Positions 25,701-39,400 of a stretch of 64,000 nt of DNA are shown one piece after another (position 1 is the first letter of the stretch; each line of letters begins with the position of its first letter). The stretch lies in NCBI GenBank assembly GCA_977030845.1, contig OZ365118.1:3410001-3474000 (forward strand). The letters are read 5' to 3'. The notes under the pieces are model-generated. The model was not told where the DNA came from. It worked only from the letters and a program-made list of their open reading frames with translations, and made no database searches. The stretch is from Fimbriosthenelais zetlandica. Lineage: Eukaryota. A program made the translations under genes and the position numbers.

Positions 25701-28700
25701 CTATTGTAGCATCCAGCATTGGTCACAGAATGATCAAGTGGTACAGAATGCTACTGGTTCGTATGATTTATAGAGCCATGATTTAGATTAGTAGAGTGAG
25801 TATTGTGGGAGGTTTAGAACATTGATGTAGCCACCAGCTGGCCGTTCAGTTATACCTACTCTCACATACATCATGCCTCTACTTATCCTGGTTATCCTGG
25901 GATAAGATCAGTGAGGGATACTATTACATGGTATGAGAACAGAGGTTATCACATACACTCAACGTGTCACCAGTTACCCCTGCCACCCCCCTCCTCCTCT
26001 CCTCCCTGGAATGTTCTCTCTATGAGGCTTTCTCTGGACATGATTTGTTTTCTTCTGCCAAGGATGATGGGGTATGGGTGGGGTTCAGTATGCTGAGAGG
26101 GTTGACTCATATATTGGTTTTGTGTATTTTTCAAATAAATCCCATTCCAAGATCTCTCCAGCAACTGTACTTCCTAAATTTTTAAGCTTAAGTTTTACAA
26201 ATCTTATCAGTAAAAAGGCCCAAGAAAATATGAGGAAAGGGGCATAATGAAGTGTAGAATTTGTACTAGGGTTATCTCTAGTTAGGCCTCTGAAGAAAAG
26301 GCAATGGTATACTGAGTAAAGTCCCATTACCCACTGTGAAAGTAATATTTATTAAGGGTAAAATCCCAGGGAGAGGTTAAAATTCCAGGTGATCACATTC
26401 TCCCCGACCTCACGCATGAGGAGATACAAATTAGAAGGCCTCCAGGAATCGTGAGGGGATTAATTTGACAGATCGGGGGGCGGCGAGCTACCTGGAGAGA
26501 CAGGGGTGTGGCGAGCGCGTGTGGCGAGAGTGGGAAGAGTGGCGAGAGAGAGGTATAGAGTAGAAACCTGATCCTGCTGGCCTCAGGCTCAAGATGCCTT
26601 GATGGCTAGAGACATGGGGTAAAGTGAAGTGGAAGGGGATCATAACGGATTCATCCCACCCAAACATCTTCCCCTCCCCCTTTTCCCCAGGGCTATAGAA
26701 CGGTTTAAATCCATGTACTAACATGTTTTATCCACCTGGTACTGCCTTCATATAAACACTCTAGTTTGGTGTTGGGTTTCATTGTATTTTAACCAGATGT
26801 GAATAGATTCTTCATGATTGTGTTTGGAGACTATCAGATCACTAGAATTGCATCAAGTAATCACTAAGTATAATGAATATTTGTTTTACGTAAGTCGGTT
26901 TATTATAAACGCGCCGATCGTCTTCCGGAAGTCACCGAAGTGATATTTCTTAATTTTAAGTTAATAATTGTCACAATACAAACAGCATCTTTCATTTTGA
27001 TTTCGAGCATCTGACATGAGTTGCTCGCATGGAGTGAGTCAAGCAATGCTCGGTTGTATTTGAAGGAAGCCGAGTGAATTATAAGACAGTGTCAAAGAGT
27101 CACTGACCACATGTTCTCCTCACAGAGCTCAATAAAAGAGAAATCCTGGAGGAGACGCTGCCATGCTGGCATTCCAGGGTGTCAGCAGCTATCCTGGAGG
27201 AGGGGGTGGGGTGGGGGGGGACTATGGGGTTTAAATGGGACTATACTCTAAGCCAGTCCATGTAAAATGTGTAAATGTGTAAATGGTAAAGACTGGATGA
27301 GTGAATAGTTGTCAACGTCCAAAATAAAAAATAGTTAAGCTTTGGATATCACAGTTTGCAGCACTGAATCAATCAGAGTAGACTAATCTTATAAGCGTGA
27401 AAGACAGTGGCAATGCTTGTGGAATTGAAGGAGATATTTTGTGTGAATATTAGACATGGTGGGTAGGAGTATAGGAGTGGTAACAGTGGGTGGGCTGATA
27501 GCCTTGTCCCTCTCAAGCATGGCTAGTCAAGGCTGCCTGGTTCTGGTGAGTGGAGATGATAGATGGACATGGTGAACTGATGGTCAACTCTAGACAGTTA
27601 GTGTGTGACTGTGAGGGTAGTCCCAGCCATGATCTATTATACCCTTACATAAAGATACAGGCCACTTACTAGACATGGGAATGGCAATTTAAGGAAATGT
27701 CCCTTTTGAAATAAGCTTTGAACACAATTAAAATGGTTCTTTCAACATACTATTGCCATATGAGGCATTTAAAGATATCATGGGGGCTTGATAGGAGGTG
27801 TGGGGGTGGGGGGATCCGTGGAAACGATCCAGTAGTTTCTCAGCTATTTAGGGAAGACCAGGAAACATGCTGTCGGAACACAATGATCTGCATGTTGTTC
27901 CATGGAAATAAAGGAGCCATGTAGATAAACCTTTCATGATCTGAAGAGGATACTGGCAATGATAACAATAGTAAATAGAAGGTATGGGATAGTTTGGGCT
28001 GGGATAAATGTAAGGGAATATGATCTATACATGTAGTATATCATGGAATACCTGATCTGAGCCTGAATCTAACATCAACGAGTGTTTAGCGCCTGTATCA
28101 TAGACTGAGGATAGGTGAGAGTGAACCTGAAGCCCACCTTCTCAATGCCTCGTCTCACCCTCACTCAGTCCATGTTAAATCTCAGACTGAGCGGGAGATA
28201 AGACGGTCCACAACCACACCCTACTGATTCCAGCTTATCTATTATCAGACTACCAGAGGTCTCTTATCAAGCCAGCAGACAGATTCAATATCCATACTAC
28301 TGATTATCTCTCCCAGCCTGGAGACTACCTCAACCTAGGCCATCTCTCATCTTTCCCCAGGGTCTTTTTAATTTTTTTCTCCAAGAGAAACATGTTGGTT
28401 GACATGGGTCTCTTGAAGTGGATTCAAAGGTATTTTCTCTTTAGCCCTAGTGATTAGGTGGAAGATAGGAGTTAAATATATGTACAGGGGAATACATATT
28501 TGAAGGAGTGATGCATAGATTTAAATGCAACCAAATGCATTTGAGAGATCCATAGCGAAACAATATACATTATAGTCAAAACACAAATGTATGTATAAAA
28601 ATATCAAAAATCTGTCTCATATAATGGTCTGTTGGAGTGATCGGGTTGAATGTCGGCCTGGGATGGAGGGTAGTATATCATAGACTTGTTACATGGATGA

Positions 28701-30900
28701 GGTAGCATGCCTGGAGGCGAGCTGCTATATAGTCTATAGGATCCGCGTCAAGGCAGATTTATCAAGTTTATGGCTATAGATATTCAGCTACATAACATTT
28801 AGATCTTATTCCCCGGGCTTCAGATTAACATCTGTTATATAGTGATGAGTGAGCGCCTGTACCTATGACAGATACAAACTCGTCTCTGGTGTTTTTTACT
28901 TCACTTTGACTCGGATTTTATGTATCAGATTTCAATTTAGAGATTCTGATTGATTTCTTTCAAGTTAAACCAGCTGTGGACATCAGAAACATTCTCAATC
29001 AAATTGAAATAAAATTTGTAATACCTTGGGGGTAAAACCTTTAAAAGATGGGGCTTTTTATTAATAAAATGGGGCAACACTATATAAGCCCATATAAGTG
29101 TACTAGATACATAAAACCAATAGAATCAATGCATGTGAAGTCAATATGAACACATATTGCAATGGGATTTGGCTCAGCTTTTCCACTGGGCTCATTCCTC
29201 ATTTTAACTGATATATTCGCCCCTCAGGGCATGTACTGGAGGGCTCCAGGGTGTCGGGGGGGGGCACCTGAGCTTCTTCCAGGCTGAGTATAGTGTATAA
29301 GGGGCGTGGTCAGCCCACCTGGAGGAGGTGTGGTAACAAGGGTCAGAGGGTGTCTCCAGTAGGCTATGACTGGTGGAGCATAGATTGACGTGTGATAGGG
29401 GGAGGCCTGGCATGGACGGGGTGTAGGGTGGAGATGGCAGATATGAGTGATAGATAGTTTAAATGCTTTGAACCCGAGACAAACTGGATCAGTGCAAACC
29501 TGGGAAAATAAGAACCTATTTATATATCAACATGTATATGATACACATTCAATATGTAGGCCTATATATGTTCTATTATAAAATATGTTTTCTTATAGCA
29601 TATATGTTTTATATCTCCAAATACACCCTATCAAAAACACTTAACATCCAAAGTGATGCCCCCAATTCTCACAAGCGAACATAAAAGCATAAGTTTCATA
29701 ATGCCCAGTGCATCCAATTCAATATGTTCACACCAAAACATAATTCGGGGATGATCTGCCCCAGTTCTTCCTAACCCACTGCGTCTCTATTCAAAAGATC
29801 AAAACTAAAAGTGATATATTTACCCATGAATTATGATGATTGAATTGTCATTTTTTTCTACTTACAACCATACAATGTCAGTTCCGTTGGCGGGTGTTTT
29901 TATTAGTAAGGTTCAGGTAATAATGAGATGATTAGGTCTATCTTATCATGAAGTCATCTTTCCAGTGTTAGGGCCTGGAGGTATAGGTGTGGATTCACAC
30001 CTGGGCTGGGTGTAATCTACCTCCATGTATACAGCCAGCGTGCAGCTCTCTACCAGGTAGGCAGGGCGTTTAGATAAGCCTGGCCGCTAAATTACAGCCG
30101 CAAAATACATGCTTCCTTCACTTTAAAAGGCCCACAAACATGTACCTTAAATTAGAGCTAATTATGTTTTAAGGGCTTGGGATATATTGAAGAATAATTG
30201 ACAATAGTGGCTTTGTGACTTTCATTTTTCAAAAGGAACTGCCAATTTCCTGTGTTCCAAACATGAATGGCCATTTCAATTGAAGGCAGTGGTATGAATG
30301 ATATGGTATTGCTATTGTATATCGCATACACTAATTGCACTATTCCTGGCATTATATTGAAATCCTGGATGGATGGTCATGGAGAGTGAGAGATGAGCAG
30401 GTGGGAGTACATGTAGGTGTCTAACACCTGTAGTAGACTTAATGTTGAGAGGTTGGTCTTAATGGTTCCAGGTAAGATAAAGCTGACCATTAGTCTACAG
30501 TTGACAGGTGAGGGCATGTCTCCAGCCACTTAATGCTCCTCTACTCCTCCTCGTCTATTCCAGGTAAAGGTGCATTTTACCGACATTTTACTGACAAAAA
30601 CATGAAATAAAAACATGCGATAAATTCAATTTTCTCACAGGTTTTTGCCCTTGAAACAGTACAGATGGACAACCAGACTTCATTCTATACGCTCGTTGAT
30701 ATGAATAAAAGAGAGTAAAAGGGAAATTGGGGAAATAAACGATCTGTTGACAGAAAAATCTAGATTTTTCTTTCTAGCGAATAAAGGGACTTATGACAAA
30801 GCCCGGAAACCCCAGGTATAATTTCAGCTTAACGTTCATTTTTCAAAAAGCCCCAATAAAGCAGATTCATCAGGTGTAAATTGACACTGATAGTTGACCA

Positions 30901-30980
30901 AGACTACCTGATAACCGTATTAAAGGTGGAATAGCCTACAAGACTACCTGATAACCGTATTGAAGGTGGAATAGCCTACA
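30901..30980 (+). repeat. 40-bp tandem duplication
   Basis: agactacctgataaccgtatt[a/g]aaggtggaatagcctaca x2, 1 mismatch. Confidence 0.95.
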
Positions 30981-32942
30981 TCTCATATCATACCACCTGT
31001 GTCACCCCCCAGCCTCCCCCCATCCCTAATAACCCATCCTCCCCACCTCCCCACCCACGACAGGTGTGAGATGGACGGCTCCCTCCCGGCACCGTACCAC
31101 GGGAAGACATCGTGTAGACGCGGGGGGAGACCGAGGGGGGCCGGCCGGTCTCCCCAGCACGTCCCCCTCCTCTCACCGCCCCGGGCTCCCCTGAGACACG
31201 GACGGGGAAATGTGATGATTGCTCCCTCCCTCAGGCTCTCAACCATTTTTAAGGGGATTATTTTTTATTGGGAATTCCCACTTGAAGACATCTGTTGCTT
31301 GTTTGGTTCTATTGATACTAAATATATACCTTATGAATGGTTTTATCAGTTGACGGGAAACTTTGTTGCCGGAATATATTTCAGTTGAGGTGATAATTTA
31401 TGCCCCATGAATTTTAGATCAAAGCGCATTAGATTTTATGATCATATATCTCCTTCTCTAAATGTCCGAACTATAATAGTTTGGAAAACTGATTCATATA
31501 TGTTAAATATGCAGAGGAATGATATCATTTTTACATCACTAGTTCTGAAGAAACTTTGCTAATTGTCATGGGAGAGATGCACAGAGCAAGGAAGCATTCT
31601 ACTGATTTCCATTGTTCAGGATATTATCAAAATAGATCAGAAAATCTTAAGGGGTAAAAGCTGATAAATATCGGGTTAAATTATTCACGAGGTGCCATAA
31701 AGTGAACACACCCGTTCTATCGAAAACAGGAAATGGTCCTCTAAACCTTTCCCATTATTATAAAGAAGTGAATCTAAATTAACCCCCAATAAAAAGACAA
31801 AGGGACGAGCATGGAGGATGGTGGATGGGAGGGGGGCAGGTCCCCAGGGTGGGGGCCTGATGAGGGCCTAGCACCTGTAGATGAGAGTTTCGCGTGTGGC
31901 GGGGGCAGGGTGGGGGCATGCCACTGCCAATTCCTGTAATTGTTAACTATATAGGACTTACAGCCCATCCCAAATAAAGCACTAAAAGAATTTATGAATT
32001 CTGAAATTATTAACTGTTGCATTCCACTCGTTGCAAGGACCGAAAAGATCCAAGCTTTAGACTATAAATCATAAAGAAATCATAAAGAAGATCCCGATTA
32101 AAATCTTAGTGAACTGATAATAGACATTAATATAATTGCTATGACATAGCCAGGTTTAAATGGGGATGTACAGTTTCAAATATAGACAGAAAACCGCACA
32201 ATTAGACAAGTTTACCTGGATCCCTGAACGCCCTACTGACAACTCTAATGACAACATCCCCAGCTCTACCAGGATCCCCGCGGAAAATACACTTAATTCA
32301 CCATTCTTAAACCAATTATTGTAAAATTAAAGATACTTTATTTCGGTGAATTATCTCTTAATGGGGGCTTCAGTTGTGCTCTGATAAAGCCCCTGCATAA
32401 ATCCGACTATAGTGTCATATTTACTTGTTTTAATTACAATAATTGAGCGATTAAAGTCATAATTTCACATCTTAATGTTCAGTTAGAGTGGACTGCTCCA
32501 CCCAGGAATGTTATGCTCTGCTGAGATGATTATATGTGAAATTAGCCAAACACGACCTGGACCTCAAGTCAAGATCCCTCCTTAAATTAACTTGACTTTC
32601 ACCCAATATTTAGCAGATCTTGAAAGGAGACTTTTGCCAAGTTTTAGAGATTATCTTCACATTTTCAAATATGGTAAACATCTCAGAATGGACGTGGGAA
32701 ACTTGGTGAATGTTTTGGTTCTGAATTATTTCCACAGTCATTCAATTTCAGGCTCGGTGAGTCGTAACGAAGCTCGCTCCTCTCCACTAACTGATTATTT
32801 CACGTCGTATATTAGTCCCTGCACCCATTACACACACATGCACACAGTATGTGTTAAGGTGCGAGCATTATGAGTGAAGAGATGTCACTGTCACGCTGTC
32901 ACTGACACAGCCTCTCAACAATATTTATAGACGCCATGTCAC

Positions 32943-33012
32943 TGACGTACAATGACGTCATTCATGCCGAAATGACGTCTTAATCCAGCGTCCTTAACCG
33001 CCGAGAGCCAAT
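32943..33012. promoter_or_regulatory. CRE/ATF motif cluster plus CCAAT box (candidate enhancer/promoter)
   Basis: TGACGTA 32943, TGACGTCA 32953, TGACGTCT 32973, CCAAT 33008; locally CpG-rich. Confidence 0.55.
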
Positions 33013-33272
33013 ATACAAACTCAGTACAAATAAATGTCTTAAAATAGCCATACAAGTCGTTATATACATTGAGAGATAATTGGACAAAATTTAATGATTT
33101 TTATGGGGGAAAAAATGGGAGATTTTACAAGTGCAGGTGGGTTGTAATTTTAATCCTTGTAAGGGGATATATCAGCTGTGTTTTACCAGCCTTATATCCG
33201 GTCAATGACAGTAATCCCGGGTGATCCCGGACAGTGTAACACCGGTCATCGATCCACCATGACAGGACCCAT

Positions 33273-33286
33273 GTTCCCATGGTAAC
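33273..33286. promoter_or_regulatory. RFX X-box (GTTCCCATGGTAAC)
   Basis: Exact match to GTTNCCATGGNAAC. Confidence 0.6.
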
Positions 33287-33387
33287 CATTTGTTGGTGAC
33301 CTTTACCATGGCCCTTTTAGCGTTGTTTAAACCCATCTCTCTATTGTAATGTACAGGCAGCAATTGACTACAAACAATGCTTGTTCA

Positions 33388-33476
33388 CACCCGGCCTGCC
33401 CCCACCCCTCACCCGGCCTGCCCCCACCCCTCACCCGGCCTGCCCCCACCCCTCACCCGGCCTGCCCCCACCCCCC
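33388..33476. repeat. GC-rich minisatellite, 22 bp x4 (CACCCGGCCTGCCCCCACCCCT); G-quadruplex-prone on the - strand
   Basis: Copies start at 33388, 33410, 33432, 33454. Confidence 0.95.
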
Positions 33477-36400
33477 GACCCCGTGTCATCAACAATCAAG
33501 GGACCGATTCAGAAAAAATAAAGCTTGGATGCACAAGATTAAGCAACTTGCAGGCATCTATCCACAATTGGATATCTGATCTTGAATGGAATATAAATCC
33601 AAGGAAAAGATACTCAGGGGGTTCTTTGATGAAAAATAATAGTTTGATGGCATACTTTATAGCCCCCCAATGGTAAGAACGTGGTACTATACCTATACCC
33701 ACTCTTCATTTTCTTTGAGCCATGCCCTCACCTCCTGGGTGGGTTATGTGTATGTACCTGGGCAGGTGATTAATAAATCATCCATCATGATGTAGGTGGG
33801 TATGAGACTGAGTGATGTCCACGCCTGCCACAGACAGACAGTCGTAGTGTGACTCTGCCATACAGTGAGCCAGTATAATGGATGGCTCTGTGTCTACAGG
33901 CTCACATAGACCAACATGCCTGTGGCATCACTTGTTTATCTTCGTGTTGAGAGAGAGTAAGAACTGACTCGTGGGTGTGAGGAACCGAAAAAAGAAAAAA
34001 ACCCACATAAATAAACCCCCAGCACATGAATTTCATCCCTGCAAATTGAGGTGATGGCAGATATGATGGGCTGGGAAAGGCTCGTTGAGACTGAAGGAAA
34101 TTGGGATAAATTGCCAACTGCGTATAGGAAAATGGAATAGCATGCTCACCGCTCAAGAAATTATTAGGAAAAATGTTGATGAACATCATTTCCATGTCAG
34201 TTGTGAATGACAGGAATGAAAACAGTTGGCAAGTGGGAGGCCTAGAGCTGGCCCGGCCTATAGGTGGCCGGGGCCTATAGCAGCACTCCCCTAGAGCTAA
34301 GTCATCAAGGCCAGAACCACATGAGAAGATTCCTACCTGCTCTGTGACAGTTGGTGGATGAGGGCAGTGGAATAAATGCCATAAATGACATTATTTTCTC
34401 ACTTTACCTGTTGCCTACCCCCTCCATCCTGACCAGAGTCCATCCCGGACCTTCACCATACCCCCCAGCTGCACCTGACCCCCCCCCCCCACCCCTCCCC
34501 CACATCCGCTAAACCCCAGGGGGAGTCCCCCCAACACGAAACATACCCTGTAATATTTCCCAATTTTCCCCTCAATTTTGATTTGGGAGAGCTGGGTTCA
34601 CGCTCGTTTTGCCCTGACTAATTCACTGTAAGGTGCGTGGCTTCCCCCGGCCTGGGCTCGCCAGACTTGACGAGCGGCTAATTGGGAGTTATTGTGGGTA
34701 GGACATCGCCCCAGGGCTGGAGGAGAGGGGGATCTCCGAGGTGAATACAGGGCTGGGTGACAGACATAACTACTTTTTCCTCCAGGGCTTCTATTCACCC
34801 ATACACGCTATAAGTGTATAATCTAGGGTGGGAAGCTATGAGGGCCATTTGTTGTGAGATGGCTCAAGTTCAATTCTAACTTACGCTTGGGGGAGAGTGC
34901 CATTAAACACTTAGAATAGAATGATTCGACAATAAATCAAGAAGGGAACAATGGAGGTAAAATGCTTCACTGTTCAGCTGAGATACTTATGATTAATGTA
35001 TATACAATCCTTTACAATTCCACATGTTTCAGTAATGCGTCCATACATTGATATAAAGTACGCCATGCTGCAGGCGGATTGAAAGGTGAATACAGCTCAA
35101 TATAGAAGATGAACATGTGAATAAACTTCTCATTTAATACTATTATGAGGTATCACTTTTTCAATAGCAACCCCAGGGGCAATAATTAGGTAATGCAGCA
35201 GATTAATTTTGAAACACCAAACGTTTGATTTTCATTGGACTTTAAGAACTTTTCTCAGCGAAATTCATTGAAAATAGATGACATATACAACCTTCTGGCA
35301 AATTCTGCAGAAATGAATTTAAAAGTTCAGAATGTCATTTAAGGGTAGGGTGTAAATCGACTGATTATCTGCCCCATAGACATCACACATTCCACATTTC
35401 TATAAATGCTCGCATTGCACTCACCCTCCAGTCAGAAAACAGATGTGCACCTCCGTCCTACCTTTACAAGGTAACAATATAATAACAAACATGTAGTGTA
35501 GAACATGGCGGACGTCAAGCTATAGTAGATAAAGCCAGGTATAAGGGGGTCACGTCTCGGACGCCCAACATGAGTTGACAGCATGTCAAACCCCTCACTC
35601 CCACAGTGACCCTCCTCTAAGGCACAACCAAACATTTCTTGGCTTTAATTACTATTTTCAAGCTTGACGCTGAAAGGCATTGATGAAATGCAATTCTAGT
35701 AGAGGCAGGGTAAGAATAAGTTCAAACACTCGCATGTCAGCCTCTGTGGGCTGAGGCTCGGATAACGATCACCTATAGGACGCAACAGTTCAGGTGGCAG
35801 TCTATATAGTGGACCATTTTCAACACTATCAAAAGTAGTGGGTTTAAATTTCACTTAATGTCCGACCAACACTTGGGAGTTCCCATAACTCTTTCTATTA
35901 TTGCGCAAACTTTTACAAGTGCAAATACTTAAGTTCCCAACCAATTTCTAGGATGACAAAGACTTCGTTGCTTCATATGGGATAAGCAATTATTTCTAGC
36001 AGTGTACACTGGAAGAGGGGGTTGTAAAGAACTCAAAGTAACCGCTTTTGATTGACATGTCAACTCATTGAGGTAGGACAATCTAGAAGGCAGTGATAGA
36101 ACCTAAGACGGCTAGTCAGAGAGTGAACAGAGAGACTGCTGGCCTGATGTGTGCAATATGTGATGGTCGGTGTCCATTTACCCCCTGATAATCAACAGTG
36201 GCCTGGGACACAGATGCTATCTGTGGCCACTATGACTGGCCTCCCGCTGCCGGACCCCTGTGTTCAGCTGCCACACGCTTCCCTATAATGATTCCTTTCA
36301 TCAAGCCACCTTACATCCACCTTCACTGTCCTGTACAGCCAACTCCCACCCATATACATAAAATCCCTTATTCCACATCTCAAAATGATTCCTTTATATG

Positions 36401-39400
36401 TATAGATTATAGGAGATGGGGCTTTAATCTGCCCATAATCCAAACTGATACCAGTTTGAGTTTTTTAACGCACCTCTGTATTGAGAGGTATGTTGAGAGG
36501 TATGATCCTAAGCCAGGTGGGAGCTGGGGACTTTACAATCATTTTATAACCTCTGAGAGTCAACAGTGCCCACCAGCCACCTCATCAAATCCCCCGTATT
36601 ACAGCCGGGGTTGTTACATATGAGATCCTTTGTATGTATTGAGTGAATCCTGGGCTGTTTCACCTTGCTGGTATTCAGGCTCTATTCACGGTTTTATTAC
36701 CGGACAATAGACCAGTCTTATTGTAAAAAGCTGGTGTCTAATCGGCCTGTAATCAACCCCTTCTTATCACCTCTCTCTTATACAGTATTGGTCTTTGGTA
36801 GACCAACACCGAGCCTTTGATATCAGCTGAAAGACAGCCGCTGAAAAGGGAAGGCCCTTTTTACCCTGTGCTATATCTGTGGTTAGGGCTTGTCTTGCGC
36901 AAGGCCCTTTTTTAAATCAAATTTAAATATTTTAAAGTATCAAAGCCAGATGCAATATTGATGGAATTTCACACATATCGCATCATCTGGTGTGCATTTA
37001 TGGGATATTTTGAGGGAGTATATTGTCAGAGAACGGTATCAGGAGCCGTAGACTTCCCATCTATATATATACAAAAAGTTTGCCCTGATCCAACATTCAG
37101 CTTACCTCCATTCAAACAAGGCAACTGTACTCTCCAAATACCGCCTCAAAGCTGTGATTGTTAGCGCGGAAATGATAGTACAGAAGCTGCTACATTCAAC
37201 CAATCAACTAATATTTAACTACAGCAGGAACCTACATATAACATGTATAGAATTACAATACAGGCTTAGCCAAGATCAGTCTCCTATGATTTAACCTATA
37301 TGTAAGTTACATTCAGTTTTATGACAAGAACATCTGTCTTGTATGTGTAGTGAGTACATGGAAGGTGTGAGGCTGTATTATGTAATTATATCACGGTTAA
37401 CAATACAAGCTATCACCCTGGTCTCAGCCACACATCACCTTTTATACGTGTAGGTGTGAAGGCCCCACATGCGAGCCACACAGCGCAATTAGTGCGAACC
37501 TCGCGCATATTAAACTCTACAGCTGGATCATGGATCTATTCACTGTCACGGTTTATACACTCATTATGTTGTAAGCTTGTCACTTTTATTACCAGAGTTA
37601 CTAATTAAATGTTAGTCAATAAATGGTACATGCCTGGATGTTGAGGCGAGATAGGATAACGGTCCAGCCTGCTTCCATGGCCATTTTAAAGATAAAGGCC
37701 ATAGAATCTGATATCAAACATTGTGAGATCATATCTAATTGTATTCGTTAGATTTAACATGCACCTGGTAGTATTGTCCAAACATAATCAACGTAACAAT
37801 CTATAGTTACATCAGGCGTGGTGGATATATGGGTCTGGGCAGGAGCAGGTTCAGCATCCAACTTCAAACATTCCTGATAGAATCTCTTCACAGGAAATCC
37901 ATCTCAATGCCATATAGAATTCATCCAGGCCTCCTGCTACCGACATGCAACATAGTAACAATAGAGTACATATATGTTACAGGACACCCCCGACAAGCTG
38001 CCCTGCCAGGGACATTCAATGTGGCCGGAGGCAGTGTTCACTATAGTGACCGTAATCTTACATCATCAGGCTACACTTGTCGTGAACAGAAAGCGTGAAA
38101 TTAGCAAATTATCTGCTAGCACTGAGCACCTGATGGTCTGATGTTTCAATCTTAGAGGGGACGTGACAGGGCCGGCGTGTCACACCTTTTGGATGGCGGT
38201 TGAGACCCAAAGGTCGGGGTTACTTCCCCCCAACCCCCCAGTAACTACACCCCCACCCTACCCCCGCTCCCCCCACTAAGACCTCTCATACTTTTGGCTG
38301 TCATTGAAGATTACAGTGTTGTGGAATCATGTGTATACAATATATACAGTTTTTATGCGTTTATTCTCTCCTGTTGAGACATTTCAGTACAGTACCCCCA
38401 GCTACGATTCAGTGATGGGAATATGGCTTAAAAATCTCAAAATTCCCATAAATTATTGCCAAGAATTGATGGATTTATGGGAGGAGATGTTTCGGAGGGA
38501 CGTCTTATTTTTCCTGTTCACCAAGACATACATGTGTATAGATGTGTTCAGTAAACAGGCAGTGAACACCCCCTCAATTTGCTGCTAGTCTATGTTGGGG
38601 GCCGGGCTGTCAGTGGTGGTGGTGGTGCGGAGTAGAAGGCTATTATCCACTTGTGTGGAAAAGTCGTAAAGAAGCCTTGTGTGGCTTTATTATGTACCGT
38701 CACGAAGTGCATGACATATGAACTGAAGGAATGATATACAATATGTAGCCCTGTCACTGATTAACAAGGCTGCATCAACTAGGCGAGCGGTGTGGGGGGC
38801 TGGATTAGCCCATACACGTACTGTATATACAGGGGTATTATTTAACCCTAACTGTCATTTCTCTATACTACTATCATTATCAATCCATCCACTATTGTCT
38901 GTACTTTAGATCATGAGAGAAAGCCTGACATGTATTCAATGATGAACATTTCTATTCAGTCATCAATAATGATTTATGGTCAAACTGATCTAAGTACTCT
39001 AGAGAAATCACATATTCTTGTTTTGTTGAGAATAGCTTCACCAATTTGACATGTAAAGGCTATTTGACAAGTTCTCTAAGTGACTGATGTTGAGATTTTT
39101 ATCTCAGGTCGAAAACATTTTACATCCACGCTCAACAAAGTCTTCTCGTCATGCAAGCAAAAGAATTTTATGCGCGGATGCACAAGAAAATGAAGGGGAA
39201 AATAACAAATTTTGTGGAACATGGGTCGAAAAATAATGAGGGAGGGCACGGAGGGCTGTGGTCAGTTCATAGAGTAGCCTCTCCTTCTGTCCTCAGGGGA
39301 AATCTTTACCACCTCTGAGACGAAACTAAATTTCAATAAAAATATGCAATTTTCAATATATTTTCCATCGGAATATCACTGGAAACAAACCTAAATCTAA

